A stretch of 64,000 nucleotides of DNA from assembly GCF_963921235.1 (NCBI RefSeq), contig NC_086107.1, forward strand, positions 104,410,001-104,474,000. The letters are read 5' to 3'. The DNA comes from Mobula hypostoma (Eukaryota). The position numbers and the translations under genes are program-made. The notes beneath the pieces are model-generated. The model did no database searches, was not told where the DNA came from, and was given only the letters and a program-made list of their open reading frames with translations. This document shows, in pieces, positions 24,188-37,789 of this stretch (positions are counted from its first letter, which is position 1; each line of letters opens with the position of its first letter).

Positions 24188-24428
24188 GTGTGTTGGGCAC
24201 CTGGCCAAGTGGTTAAGGCGTTCGTCTAGTTACCTCAAGATCGCTAGTTCGAGCCTCAGCTGTGGCAGCATGTTTGTGCCCTTGAGCAAGGCACTTAACC
24301 ACACATTGCTCTAGTGTCTGTGCGAGGAGTGGCGCCCCACACAGACTTCCAATCTGCGCCTTGTAAGGCAGGAAAATGCCCGACGCAGGCTTCTCATGGT
24401 CTGAGTCGCCGTTCCCTCCCCTCCCCTC
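24188..24428 (+). mobile_element. tRNA-derived SINE
   Basis: A-box TGGCCAAGTGG, B-box-like AGTTCGAGCC, core TTGAGCAAGGCACTTAACC; related heads at 48288, 57666 and 62272 (minus). Confidence 0.85.
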
Positions 24429-27400
24429 TACCATCATATTTCTGAATGGCCCATGAACCCCTGAGCACTACCTCACTATTCATGTCTTGCACTATTTGTT
24501 TGTTTGTTTGTTTGTTTATTTATGTAACTTACAGTTTTTTTTGTCTTTCGCTGTTCTTTTGCCACAAAACAACAGGTTTCATGACATACAGTATGTTACC
24601 GATTATGAACCCATTTCTGATTCTAAACCTGATGATCTGTTTGCGTGGCCCGAACTTCTGCGTAGACTGGGCATGTGAACTCTGAGGAACTCCTAAGTAA
24701 AGGGAACAAATGTGACAAAGATGAGATTTTATTTATTTCTTATTGAGATAAGGGCAGAGTCAGCCCTTGTGGCCCTTTGAGCCGCACTGCCCATCAACCA
24801 CCGATTTAACCACCGCCTAATCACAGGACAATTTACAAAGACCAATTGACCTATCAACCATTAACTGGAGCTGTTATGACACGTACCCAAAGGCGCCAGT
24901 CTCCGGGGTTTAGGCTCTCTGACTCTCCGGAATATGGATAGCTGGTGCGGCCCCTTTACAAATTCAGGCTAACTGGTGGCCGTGTTTTGGAACCAGGATT
25001 TGAATATTTAAAGAGCACCTGAACTGGGGTTCAGTGCTCAATTGTCAGCTCAAATCAGGATTCTCATCCAGTGTCTAGTCTAGAACCCTGTCTTCGTTTC
25101 AGTCTCGGATACGCGAGAACTTGGGTCCTCACCATCCTCACCTGGGTCTCTCGTCCACAGGAGCACCTGGAAACCCGTGCGGTCACAGGGAGAACGTACA
25201 AACTCCTTACCGGCAGTGGCGGGAATTGAACCTGGGTCACTGGTACTGTAAAGTGTTGTGCTAGCCACTGCGCTACTGAGCTGGCCCACAGTGGAGTGCA
25301 GACCAAGGTGGGATACTTCTCATCAGGGCGTGCTGAAGGCAATGGGGACTTTGAGAAAACACTGGGAAGAGCATTGGAAATTGCTCAGAGCAAGCCAGAG
25401 AGAAAACAAACTAGGACAGTAAGTTACCACCAACAGAACCAGGAAGGGAAAGGGAAAAGCAAAGGTTTGGGGCGAGGCATAGTAAGGGAGCAGAGTGAAA
25501 TCTGAGAGAGTATGAGCAAGGATAAGATATGTATGACTAGCCCAGGGGGCATAAAACAAACTACTAGAGGAACCCAGCAGGCCAGGCAGCATCCAAGAAA
25601 GGAAACGGACATATGGTGTTTGTGATTGGGGTCTTTCATCTGGACGACTGTGGGAACCCAGGATTAGCAACTATTGAAACCAGACTAAAATAGGATGAAA
25701 CAGCTGGTATTGTTAATAAAGCAAGCTGTTTTTATTTAATTATTTATTTAAAGATACATCACGGATCCAAGCCATTCCGTCCCAATAAGCCCATGCCACC
25801 CAATTACAGCCATGTGACCAATTAACCTTTGAACCCGTAGGCCTTTGGAATGTGGGAGGACCCCGCTGCTGCCTGTAAGGAGTTTGTATGTTCTTCCCGT
25901 GACCACGTGGGTTTCCACCGGGTGCTCTGGTTTCCTCCCAAGGTCCAAAGACATATTAATTGGTAATTGTAAATTGTCCGGTGATTAGGCGAGGGTTGTA
26001 TCGGGGGTGGCCGGGCAGGGCAGCTTGTAGGGCCGGAGGGGCCTCCTCCATGCTGTGTCTCAATCAATAAATAAACCCGCTTGGTCACGAGGAGAACGGG
26101 GAGACAGTGGCAGAAGTGAGCGCAGATCACTGGCACTGTAATAGTGTTATGCTAATCATTACACTAACCGCCACGCTGTTATTCTAACCATTACGCTGAC
26201 TGTACTGCTGAACGTTACACTAAACGTTACGCTAACCATCATACTGTTACGCTAACTATTACGCTAACCGTCACGCTGTTACACTAACTATTACGCTAAC
26301 CGTGCTGCATTGTTCACCACCTGACTGAAATTTGCCATCCTTGCCCAACTTGGTCTATGTTTGACTTCACATCTTATCAAAAGTCCGAGTGCTAGTCTGT
26401 AACCAGTGATCTTGACCCAGGATTTTACGCGAAGTACCTTAGTCAGCTCCATCCTGGGCTCTAGCCTCCGTCGTATCCAGAACATCTCCAAGGAGCGATC
26501 CCTCCAAAAGGTAGCGTCCCTCATTAGGGACCTCCCACCACCCAGGACATGTCCTCTTCTCATTGCCCCCATCAGGAAGGAGGTACAGAAGCCTGAAGAC
26601 ACACACTCAACGATTCAGGAACAACTTCTTCCCCTCTGCCATCTGATTTCTGAATGGACATTGAACCCATGAGCACTACCTCACTACCAAAATAGAAAAT
26701 AGAAACACAACAAAAATAGAAAAAATTTCTATTTTTTCATTACTTATTGAATTTAACTATTTTATATATTTACTGTAATTCATGATTTTTTTCTATTGTT
26801 ATCTATTTCATCAGAATCAGGTTTATTATCACCGGCGTGAGTCGTGAGATTTGTTATCTCACTTGTTAACTGCTGCAAAGATACCAAATTTCACGACATT
26901 TGCCGGCAATATTAACCCTGATTCTGACTCTGCAATCAAAAACTTATGACAAAAGATCCTTCATGCCAAATGTCAACTCTTTTTCACTCCCTGAGATGCC
27001 GAGCACCTCCAATATTTTCTGTGGGGGGGTTTTCTGGTTCTTTGGGATTTCTAATTTTACTTCAAAGATTACAGACATGTTTGTACAAACAGAGTGGCTG
27101 AGGAGTAAGGGCTTCTAGCTTGGTGGGTCGGTAACGAAGGGAGATGAACTTGTCACTAACAGGTCAAATAAAGACGGATGCTTTTGTAGAGAGATGGGAA
27201 TGTGGAATTCACTTTCACAAGGAGTGGCTGAAATGCCGTGCATTATTAGCTGTGCGTTAATGGTGGAGTGGCACCCGCACCAGACTTCAAGGCGAGTGGT
27301 CCCGGGTTCAGATCCGGCCTGCTCCTTGCACGCTGGGTTGAGTGTCGAACGAGCAACTCGGCCTCGTAAAAATCAGACAAAAGCGCTAAAGAAACGGCAA

Positions 27401-27894
27401 GGTTGTCGCCCAATGGAACAAAACAACGTGGATGAAAAAGTAGAAAGTGAAAGTTTTGACGGGGGGCAGAGAAAGAGCGGCAGGAGTTGGAGCTGGAGGT
27501 GGCTTTCGTGAAGTTTTAACCCAGGCGGGCTGCTTGTGTTTGCAGATTCTGTGGAATGCTCAGAACGGTTTGAACAGCCTGGCTGCTTCTTCGGAAGCAG
27601 CATGTGAACAGCTACAAATTGTGGTTCCGGCATTCCCCAGGGAATTTGAAACTGCTCTGGAATTTCATGGCTGTTGGACATGGATTGCTGGAATTATGGC
27701 AGCCACCCCAGAGAGTTTCCAGCTGGCCCGCAACAGTACTTGACTCGGGCAAAGGAGATTCCATCTGGGTAGCAGGCTTCAGAATGAGGACAGATCGTGA
27801 ACGCACTCCTTCACGTGGGCAATGGACCATAAGTGGTGTCCATAACAGATCCATACAAGGTCAGACCATGAAAGATGTTCCTAAGACAAATATA

Positions 27895-28257
27895 CCCAGT
27901 GTCAGACCACAAACACTGTCCCTTACACAGTCCTACACAGGATCAGACCACAAGCACTGTCCCTTACACAGTCCTACACAGGATCAGAAAACAAATACTG
28001 TTCCTAACACAGTCCTACACAGGATCAGACCACAAGCACTGTCCCTTACACAGTCCTACACAGGTTCAGAAAACAAATACTGTCCCTAACACAGTCCTAC
28101 ACAAGATCAGACCACAAGCACTGTTCCTAACACAGTCTTACACAGGATCAGACCATAAATGCTGTCCCTTACACAGTCCTACACAGGATCAGAACACAAG
28201 CACTGTTCCAAACACAGTTCTGCACAAGGTCAGATGTTAACACTGTTCCGAACACAG
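27895..28257. repeat. 41-bp minisatellite
   Basis: ACACAGTCCTACACAGGATCAGACCACAAGCACTGTCCCTT units (period 41 at 27921/27962). Confidence 0.9.
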
Positions 28258-30378
28258 ATCTTTCCCGGAGGACTGGAAAATTGCAAATGTCACTCCACTC
28301 TTCAAGAAGGGATGGAGGCCGAAGAAAGGAAATTATAGACCAATTAGTCTGACCTCAGTGGTTGGGAAGATGTTGGAGTCAATTTTTAAAGATGTGATTT
28401 TGGGGTACCTGAAGGCACATGATAATTATGCCAAAGTCAGCGTGGTTTCTTTAAGGGAAAATTTTGCCTGACAAGTCCGTTGGAATTCTTTGAAGAAATA
28501 CACGCATGATAGACAAAGGACAATCAGTGGATGTTGTGTACTTGGATTTTCAGAAGGCCTTTGACAAGGTGCCACACATGAGGCTGCTTAACAAGTTAAG
28601 AGCTCATGGCACTAGAGGAAAGATACCAGCATGAATAAACAGTGGCTGACTGGCAGGAGTTAAAGAGTGGGAATAAAGGGAGCCTTTCCTGGTTGTCAGC
28701 CAGTGACTAGTGCTGTTCCACAGGGGTCTGTGTTGGGACGGCTTCTTTTTACATTATATGTCAATGATTTAGATGATGGAATTGATGGCTTTGTGGTCAA
28801 GTTTGCGGATGACATGAAGATAGGTGGAGGGCAAGTAGTTTTGAGGAAGCAGAGAGGCTACAGAAGGACCTAGACAGATTAGGAGAATGGGCAAAGAAGT
28901 GGCAAATGGAATACAATGTCAAGAAGCGTGCACTTCGGTAGAAGAAATAAAAGGGTAGAAAATTTTCACTATTTTTGAAATGGAGAGAAGTTTCAAAAAT
29001 CTGAGGTGCAGAGGGGCTTGGGAGTCCTCTTGCAGGATTCCCTAAAGGTTAATTTGCAGGGTGAGTTGGTGGTGAGGAAGGCAAATGCAATGTTAGCATT
29101 CATTTCAAAAGAACTAGAGTAAAAAGCAAGGATGTAATGTTGAGGTTTTATAAGGCACTGGTGAGACCCCACTTGGAGTATTGTGAGCAGTTTTAGATTA
29201 TGAGGACACGCAGTCCTCTTTTATTGTCATTTAGTAATGCATGCATTAAGAAATGAAACAATGTTCCTCCAGAATGATATCACAGAAACACAGGACAGAC
29301 CAAGACTGAAAAACTGACAAAAACCACATAATTATAACAGATAGTTACAACAGTGCAAAGCAATACCGTAACTTGATGAAGAACAGGCCATGGGCACGGT
29401 AAAAAAAGTTCAAGGTCTCTTGAAAGTCCCATGATCTCACGCAGACAGGAGAAGGAAGAAAACTCTCCCTGCCATGAGCTTCCAGCGCCGCAAACTTGCC
29501 GATGCAGCACCCTGGAAGCATCCGACCACAGTCTGACTCTGAGTCGTCCAAAAAACTTCGAGCCTCTGACCAGCCCTCTGACACCGAGCACCGAGCACCA
29601 TCTCTGCAGAGTGCTTCGACCCCCAACCCCGGCCGCCAGCAACAGGCAAAGCCGAAGATTTGGGGCCTTCCCCTCCGGAGATTCTCGATCGCACAGTAGC
29701 AGCGGCAGCGAACTGGGCATTTCAGAAATTTCTCCGGATATTCCTCCGTGCTTCTTCACGTCTGTCTCCATCAAATCAGAATTGTGCACGGCCCCTATTT
29801 AACAAATATGATATCATTTCACCGGAGAGGCCGCGCGCGCTGCATCACGCTGCCATCTTCTCCTCCCAATTTTTTCAGCTCCTTATCTAAGAAAGGACGT
29901 GCTGTCATTGGAGAGGGTTCAAAGGAGGTTCAGGAAAATGATTCCGGGCTTGTCATATGAAGAGCGTTTGATGCCTCTGGGCCTGTACTCCCCGAAATTC
30001 AGAAGAATGAAGGGGGATCTCATTGAAACCTATTGAATGGTCATAGGCCTCCAACAGAATGGATGTGGAGAGGATGCGTCCTACAGTGGGAGAGTCTAAG
30101 AAAAGGGGGACGTCCATTTAGAACAGAGATGAGAAGGAATTTCTTTAGGCAGAGAGTGGTGAATCTGTGGAATTCGTTGCCACAGGGACCTGTGGAGGCC
30201 AAGTCATTGGGTATATTTAAGGCAGAGGTTGATAGGTTCTTGATTAGTCAGGGCATGAGGGTTTAGGGAGAGAAAACTGGAGACTGGGCTGAGGGGGAAA
30301 TAGATCAGCCTTGATGAGCTGAATCAATGGGACAAATAACCTAGTTCTGCTCCTTTATCTTCGGGTATTATGGTCTTA
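28258..30378 (+). mobile_element. CR1 LINE fragment with a nested non-autonomous element (~29193-29866)
   Basis: PEDWKIANVTPLFKKG, DFQKAFDKVPH, VPQGSVLG, FADD. The insert matches the reverse complement of 51205-51817. Confidence 0.9.
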
Positions 30379-30616
30379 TATACACAAAGGCAGACCCCAA
30401 ACACAAGATCAGACCACAAGCGCCGTCCCTAACACAGATATACACAGGGCCAGACTGTGAACCCTTGCACTAGTACTATCCGATAGAGTACTAACCCATG
30501 AGTACTGTTCTAGAAGGTCAGATTGTGACCACTATCCCTCAATCTCCTTTACACAGGAAGAGTCCCAGACTGGCTTTATATAGAGTTGGACCATGAACAG
30601 AGTCTAGCATGTTCGC

Positions 30617-30860
30617 AAACAGTGTCAGACTGTGAACAGTCTCCTATATTCATCCCATACTGGGTGAGACTGTAAACACTGTCTCAAACACACTCCCAAA
30701 CAGTGTCAGACTGTGAACAGTCTCCTATATTCATCCCATACTGGGTGAGACTGTAAACACTGTCTCAAACACACTCCCAAACAGTGTCAGACTGTGAACA
30801 GTCTCCGATATTCGTCCCATATTGGGTGAGACTGTGAACACTGTCCTGAACACATCTGCA
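30617..30860. repeat. 81-bp tandem repeat x3 (dimer of a ~40-bp unit)
   Basis: AAACAGTGTCAGACTGTGAACAGTCTCC starts at 30617, 30698 and 30779. Confidence 0.9.
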
Positions 30861-31272
30861 CACAGGATCAAACTGTGATTATTGACCTTAATACTGACCT
30901 ATAGTACTGGTCTATCAAATCCTTCCTAACATCTCCCCTGCACGATTGTCCCCAGTATAGCATCCATCAGATTGGGAACAGTGTCCTTAACACAACGGCG
31001 AATGGAGTTAGACCCCGAGTATAGCCCCAGCTCACGCAGAACATGAACACTGCTGTTAAAAACCTCTGTGAATGGACAGACCACAGCCTCTAGCATGGGC
31101 ATGTACAAGGCTGGGTCACAAGTGCTTTCCCTGCTAAGGCTCTACAAGAGGTCAGACCATGAACACACACCTCCCCAGCATCGTAGCAGGAATACAGTCC
31201 CTGAGACAGCCCTAGAGAAGGACAGGCAGTCTCAGACCAGGAACAGAGTCCTTCACAATGATCCGCACAGCA

Positions 31273-32095
31273 TGAAATGAAATGAAATGAAATATCTTTA
31301 TTGTCATTGCATAGTACAATTTGTCATGCACCAATACAGCGAAAATGAGTTTGCAACTCTCGTACTCAATGCTATAAAACAACAAATGAAATAAATAAAC
31401 AATAAATAAATCAAGAAACCAGCCAGTACAAGCAACGTCCAGCAGTACAAAAGCACAACTCAGATGCATGACAGCCATAAAACCAGTATTAAAGTAGCAA
31501 TATAACAATTTATGGATGATGCTTGATCGATTGGTTCCGAGCAATTATAGCTTTGGGGAAAAAGCTATTTTTCAGTCTAGAAGTGCGGGCATAGGAAATC
31601 TTATGACGTCTGCCAGATGGAAGAAGTTTAAACAGATGATTGCATGGGTGTGTATTGTCCTTACGGATGCTTGTAGCTTTCCGTAGGCAGTGAGAGCTGT
31701 AGGTGTCCTCCAGGGCTGGGAGCTGTGTCCCGATGATCTTCTGTGCGCTAGAGACGACCCGCTGAAGTGCTTTCCTATCAGCTGCTGTACAACTGAGATA
31801 CCACACAAAGATGCAGTATGTTAAGATACTCTCTATGGTGCAGCGGTAAATGGTCACCAGCGTCTGTTCAGGTAGACCAGCTTTCTTCAGCGACCTGAGG
31901 AAAAACAAGCGTTGCTATGCTTTCTTAACTATTGTAGCGGTGTTAGTGGACCATGTAAGGTCTTCTGAGATGTGTATTCCCAGAAACCTGAAACTGGACA
32001 CTGTCTCCACTATGTCTCCGTTAATGTAGACTGGAGCGTACTCATCATCCCATGACTTTCCAAAGTTGATAATTAGCTCCTTGGTCTTTGCTGTA
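31273..32095 (-). mobile_element. Rex1/Babar-like LINE 3' fragment
   Basis: ORF YRCTIESILTYCI.VWY...LLPSGRR...RLKNSFFPKAI; (TTTCA)n tail. Confidence 0.9.
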
Positions 32096-33077
32096 TTTTT
32101 TAAATATACTTTTTATTGAGTTTTCGAAGTGATTACATAGAAAGATAATGTCTACCCTCCCCCCTCCCCTTAACCCTTCCCTCCGATATATACCCCTACC
32201 TGAAAAAAAAGTGGAAACAACTTTCCTGCCTCTATCATATCAATCCCTTGCATAATTTTTTATGTTTCTGTAAGATCTCCTCTCATTCTTCTGAATTCCA
32301 GAGAGTACAGTCCCGGGCGACTCAATCTCTCCTCATTGTCTAACCCTCTCATCTCTGGAATCAACCTGGTGAACCTCCTCTGCATCGCCTCCAAAGCCAG
32401 TATATCCTTCCTCTAGTAGGGAGACCAGAACTGCACACAGTACTCCAGGTGCGGCCTCACCAGTACCTTGTATAGTTGCAGCATAACCTCCCTACTCTTA
32501 AATTCAATCCCTCTAGCAATGAAGGCCAACATTCCATCTACCTTCTTGATAGCCTGCTGCACCTGCAAACCAACCTTCTGTGATTCGTGCACAAGCACTC
32601 CCAAGTCCCTCTGCACAGCAGCATGCTGCTAGGACCAATTGACTCAGAAATGCATTCTCAGTACAAATAAGTCAGCTATAAGGTCTGTGTTTCCACAACT
32701 CTGTGCGTGTATGTGGACCGGGATGGTATATGCAGAAGCTGTTAATGGAGACATGGGTTTTGCATGCCTACATGTATACTAGCATTTGCAGCATATTCAG
32801 CCTGGAGGTCGGTGATCAGTGGTGTTTGGCAGAGATCTGTTCTTTGCTCTTTGCGATTTTAAAAACGACTTGGAGGAGGAAGTGGAAGGGTGGGTTCATA
32901 AGTTTATAGATGGCCCAAAGTTTGGTGGTGGTGTGGATTGTTTAGACGGTTGTTGCAGGTTACAACGGAGCATTGACAGGTTGCAGAGCTGGGCTGAGAA
33001 GAGGCAGATGGAGTTCGATCTGAAAAAATATGGAGTGATAAACTTTGGAAGATTGAACTTGAAGGCAGAGCACAGGG

Positions 33078-33370
33078 TGATTGGCAAAAGGGATATGAGA
33101 GGATCATGATCCTTTCTCCCTAGGCCTCCCGTCCCATGATCCTCTCATATCCCTTTTGCCAATCAACTGTCCAGCTCTTGGCTCCATCCCTCCCCCTCCT
33201 GTCTTCTATCATTTCGGATCTCCCCCTCCCCCTCCCACTTTCAAATCTCTTACTAGCTCTTCCTTCAGTTAGTCCTGACGAAGGGTCTCGACCTGAAACG
33301 TCGACTGCACCTCTTCCTAGAGATGCTGCCTGGCCTGCTGCGTTCACCAGCAACTTTTATGTGTGTTGCT
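33078..33370 (+). mobile_element. Penelope 3' tail with 5' inversion, inserted in CR1 (~32860-33700)
   Basis: Matches the reverse complement of 9202-9450; 31-bp inverted duplication at its 5' end. Confidence 0.85.
33271..33306 (+). ncRNA. Minimal type I hammerhead ribozyme motif (Penelope-associated)
   Basis: AGTC-CTGACGA-AGG(GTCTCGA)CCT-GAAAC-GTC|GACT: full core, stem I AGTC/GACT, stem II AGG/CCT, palindromic ACGT stem III. Confidence 0.75.
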
Positions 33371-34748
33371 ACGATGTTGCCCCGATTAGAGAGCATGTCT
33401 TATGTGGAAAGGTTGAGAGAGTTAGGGCTTTTTTCTTTGGAGTGAAGGAGGATGAGAGGTGACTTCATAGAGATGTACAAGATGATAAGAGGAATAGATC
33501 AAGTGGACAGCCAAAGATTTTTTCCCCCAGGATGGCAAATGGCTAATACGAGAGGGCATCACTTTAAGGCGATTAATGGAAAGTATAGAGAGGATGTAAA
33601 AAGGTTGGTTTTGCCACAGAGAGTGGTGGGTGCGTGGAACGCACTGGTGGGGTAGTGGCAGAGGCAGATACGTCAGGAACATTTGAGAAACTGTTAGATA
33701 GAACCGGAATCAGGTTTAATACTACCAGCATATGTTGTGAAATTTGTTGTTTAGCGGCAGCGGTAACTGCAATATATAGTAATTAAAACTACAAATTACA
33801 ATAAAAGTATATATTAAAAATAAATAAACAAGTAGAGCAAAAAGAGAGGGGGGATAAGTGAGGAAGTGTTCGTGGGTTCAATGTCCATTCAGAAATTTGA
33901 TAGCAGAGGGGAAGAAGCTGTTCCTGAAATGCCGAGTGTGTGCCTTCAGACTCCTGTACCTCCTTCCCGAATGGTAGCAATGAGAACAGAGCACGTCCTG
34001 GGTGGTGGGGCTTCCTAATGATGGGTGCCGCCTATTTGCACCATCGCCTTTTGAAGGTGGTCCTGGCACATGAATGAAATTAGAGGGCTGTGCTGCGGTG
34101 AACGAGTTACGCTGATAGATTAAAAAGGTCAGCACAGCCTTGTGGGCTGAAGGGCCTTGACTGTGCTGTGCTGTTCGAGATTCCAGTTTATTTGTCACGA
34201 GTACATAGAGACATATAGAGAAGTGCAGTGTTCGCGTTAACGGTCAACGCACCCACGTGTGCGCCGGGGGGGGGCGCGGGGGCCAGTCCGCAAGTGTCCA
34301 CACACATTCTGGCATCTGCATAGCAAGCCCACAACAGGCAACAAAACAACAGCAGCAAAAACAAGCTCCATTTCTCCCACCCATCCATGCACGGTCCCTT
34401 ACCCCCCACCCCCAACTCCACTGGCCTCCAGCAAACACAGACTCCGGCTTCAACCTCCCCAGCAGACTCACTGGGATTTGCAGATTCTACGTTCCTTTAC
34501 ACCAGCTTTAGGCCCATTTTAAGGAGTTTGTACAGATTTACTTGTGAAATCCCGCTCAGCGTGAAATTGGACCTGACATTTTTGGATACTGTTGAGCTTA
34601 AGAAACAGGATGCTGTTTTTTGGTGTCATTGATACTGCGGATGTTATTACTAATACATAAATTGTTTATTTGACCCATCAACTTTGTGCTTCTAGACACT
34701 ATTGCAGCTCTGACTGATTATTAACCCCTGATTTTTCAACGGAATATA

Positions 34749-35315
34749 CACTCAATGGCCACTTTATTGGATGCCTCCTGTACCTAATAAAGTGGTCGCA
34801 GGGTGTATGTTCACGGTCTTCTGCTGCTGTAGCCCATCCACTTCAAGTTTTAACATGTTGTGCATTCAGAGATGCTCTTCTGCACACCACTGTTGTAACG
34901 TGTGGTTATTTGAGTTGCTGTCACCTTCCTGTCAGCTTGAACCAGTCCGGCCATTCTCTGACCTCTCTCTTTAGCAAGGCATTTTCTCCCACAGAACTGC
35001 TGCTCACTGCATTTTTTTTTTGATTTTCTCACCATTCTCTGTAAACTCTAGAGGCTTTTGTGCGTGAAGATCCCAGGAGATCAACGGTTCCTGAGATACT
35101 CAAACCACCCCATCTGGCACCAACAATCATTCCACAGTCAAAGTCACTTAGATCACATTTCTTCTCCATTCTGATGTTTGGTCTGAACAACAACGAACCT
35201 CTTGACCATGTCTGCATGCTTTTATGCACTGAATTGCTGACACCTTACTGGCTGATAAGATATTCGCAGTGACGAATGGGCGTACAGGTTTAGTTAATAA
35301 AATGACCACTGAGTA
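34749..35315 (-). mobile_element. Internally deleted Tc1/mariner element
   Basis: TA-flanked TIRs CACTCA.TGGCCACTTTATT; transposase N-terminus DLSDFDCGMIVGAR.GGLSIS.T.DLLG.SR...SRVYREW. Confidence 0.88.
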
Positions 35316-35847
35316 TAGATAGATTGAGTGATTGGGCAAAGTCCTGGGAAACACAGCTTAATGTAGGGCTGTGTGAGGTCATGCATTTTGATTAGAAGAG
35401 TCAAAGTGCACATTATCTAAATGGAGAGAGATTGCAAAGGAACATAGTACACAGGGGTAGATGTACTACATGCATCACACAAAAAAAACTTAGCAGGCAG
35501 GTCCAGCAAGTAGTTTAGAAGGCAAAAATCGAAATGAGCTGCAGAGAGCTGTGAACTCAGTCCGCTCCATCTTGGGCACCAGCCTCTGTAGTTTCCAGGA
35601 CGTCTTCAAGGAGCGATGACTCAAAAAGGTGGTGTCCATCATTAAGGACCCCCATCACCCAAGTCATGCCCTGTTCTCACTGCTACCATGAGAAAGGAGG
35701 TACAGAAGCCTGAAGGCACACACTCAATGATTCAGAAACAGCTCCTGCCATCCGATTTCTGAATGGACATTGAACCCATGAACACTACCTCATTACTTTT
35801 TCATTTCTGTTTTTGCATCACTTATTTAATTGAACACTTTTATATAT

Positions 35848-36345
35848 GGAGCACATAGACGCTCCAACAACAAGCCTCACGCAGTGCCTCCTCACTGTCG
35901 ACACACGGAAATTGAACTCCTTTCGGACTCAGGCTGAACTACAGAGGACGGGGAGGAGGTCTGGCCCCTGCACACGTAGCACACAGGCTCACTGGTGTGT
36001 GGACACGTCCTGAAGTTCATGAACCAGATCCCCAGCTATGGGCAAATAGCCCCACTGCCTTGTGGGCAGCCTCGGGAGAGACAAAGGCTATGGGAGCAAA
36101 CCTGGACAAAAAATCCAGAGTGGCAACTGGACGTCATTGAACATCCTTCCAGCAGCTCCTGCAGCCAAGCTGGTGCCAACGTATTGCTTCATAAGCTTTC
36201 CTTTGGACTACACCAGTGAGGCCGAGAGGGGGATCTTGACAACTGGGCATCTCAGGATCTCCACACTTTCTGCCCAGGCTTGTGATGATCATCATCATCG
36301 CCCATTGGCCTTTGAGACAGACGGATGTCAACCAACCAGCCAGTG
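35848..36345 (+). mobile_element. RTE-related non-autonomous element (5'UTR plus 3' tail)
   Basis: RTE-type 5' UTR motif (gccttgtgggcagcctcgggagag..ggagcaaacc) joined to a 3' tail gagacagacggatgtcaaccaacc. Confidence 0.5.
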
Positions 36346-37789
36346 ATATTAAATCTGATTCTGAAACAGCTTGCTGGCCTTTATTGCAAAATGGTTGGAG
36401 TTTAAGAGTTACGGGGTTTTCTTATCGATGTACATGGTGTTAGTGAGGACACACCTGCAATACTGTGCACAGTTTGGGATATGGTAGTCCAAATGAGATT
36501 CCTCCGTTGAGTGAGTTGTCCTGTCAAGAGAAGCTAGACAGTTTGGGTCTGTGTTATCTGAAGTTTAGAAGAATGAGGGGCGACCTGATTCAAGCCTGTA
36601 AGATCCTCAGGGGCCTTGACAGGGTAGATGTTGAGATGTCTTCACTGGTGGAAGAGTCACAAGTAGACATAGCTACAGAATAAGGGACCGTTCTGAAGTG
36701 CATCGAAACCTCTTCCCTCAAGAGGTGGTGAACCCCTGGAATTCTCTTCCCCTGGAGGTCAGATCATTGGATATATTTAGGGTGGAGATAGACAAGTCAG
36801 CCATAATTGAATGTTGGAACAGACTTGATGGGCAGAATAGCCTACATTCTGATCCTACGTCTTAAAGCAGATAGGAACGCAAATAATATGTTTAATCTGA
36901 ACGTGACAACAAACAGGACTTTGATTTTTATAGCAGGAAGGTTTAAGCACAGGAGTAAATGTCTGGTTGCAGCGTAGACTTTGGTGAGGCCATGCAAGAA
37001 ATATCGTCTACACTTTGGTATCCTTATCTAAAAAGGATTATACTTGTCACTGAGGGAGTGTCACTGACATTCACCAGACTGATTCCTACGATGACAAGCG
37101 TCTACGTGGTGACTGATGATGCAAGCGGGGCCTCTGTTTGCTGGAATTTAAAAGACTGTCGGATGAAACCTACAAAGTTCAGCCTGGAGTTCAGCAGGAA
37201 AAATGGCTCCATTGGTCTGAGGAATCTCAAACAAGGGATTAGATCATAAGACACAGGACCAGAAGTAAGTCATTTGGGTCATTGAGTCTGCCTCACCATT
37301 TGATCACGGCTGATTTATTATCCCTCTCAACCCCATTCTCCTGCCTTCTCCCATAACTTTTGATGCCCTTACTAATCTACTTTAAATATACTCAATGATT
37401 TAGCCTCCGCAGCCATCGATGACAATGAATTCCACAAACTTACCACATCTGGCTGAAGAAATTCCTTCTCATCTCTGTCCTAAAGGGATATCCTTCTATT
37501 CAGAGGCTATGCTCTCTGATCCTAGACCCTCCCACGATTAGAAACATCTTCTCCACGTACACTCTATCTAGACTTTTCAATATTTGATAGGTTTCAGTGA
37601 GATTCCACCCCCACCCCCCACCATTCTTCTAGGAATGATTCGTAGGATTTTTAGACCTGCCAAAGGGTTTTGGCCTGAAACGTCAACTGTACTTTTTTTC
37701 CATAGATAATGCCTGGCCTGCTGAGTTCCTCCAGCATTTTGTGCGTGTGGCTGGGATTTCCAGCGTCTGCAGATTTTCTCTTGTTTGGG

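Noticed and set aside
27540..27745. Possible plus-strand exon after TTTGCAG
   Set aside because: No recognisable protein and no convincing donor.
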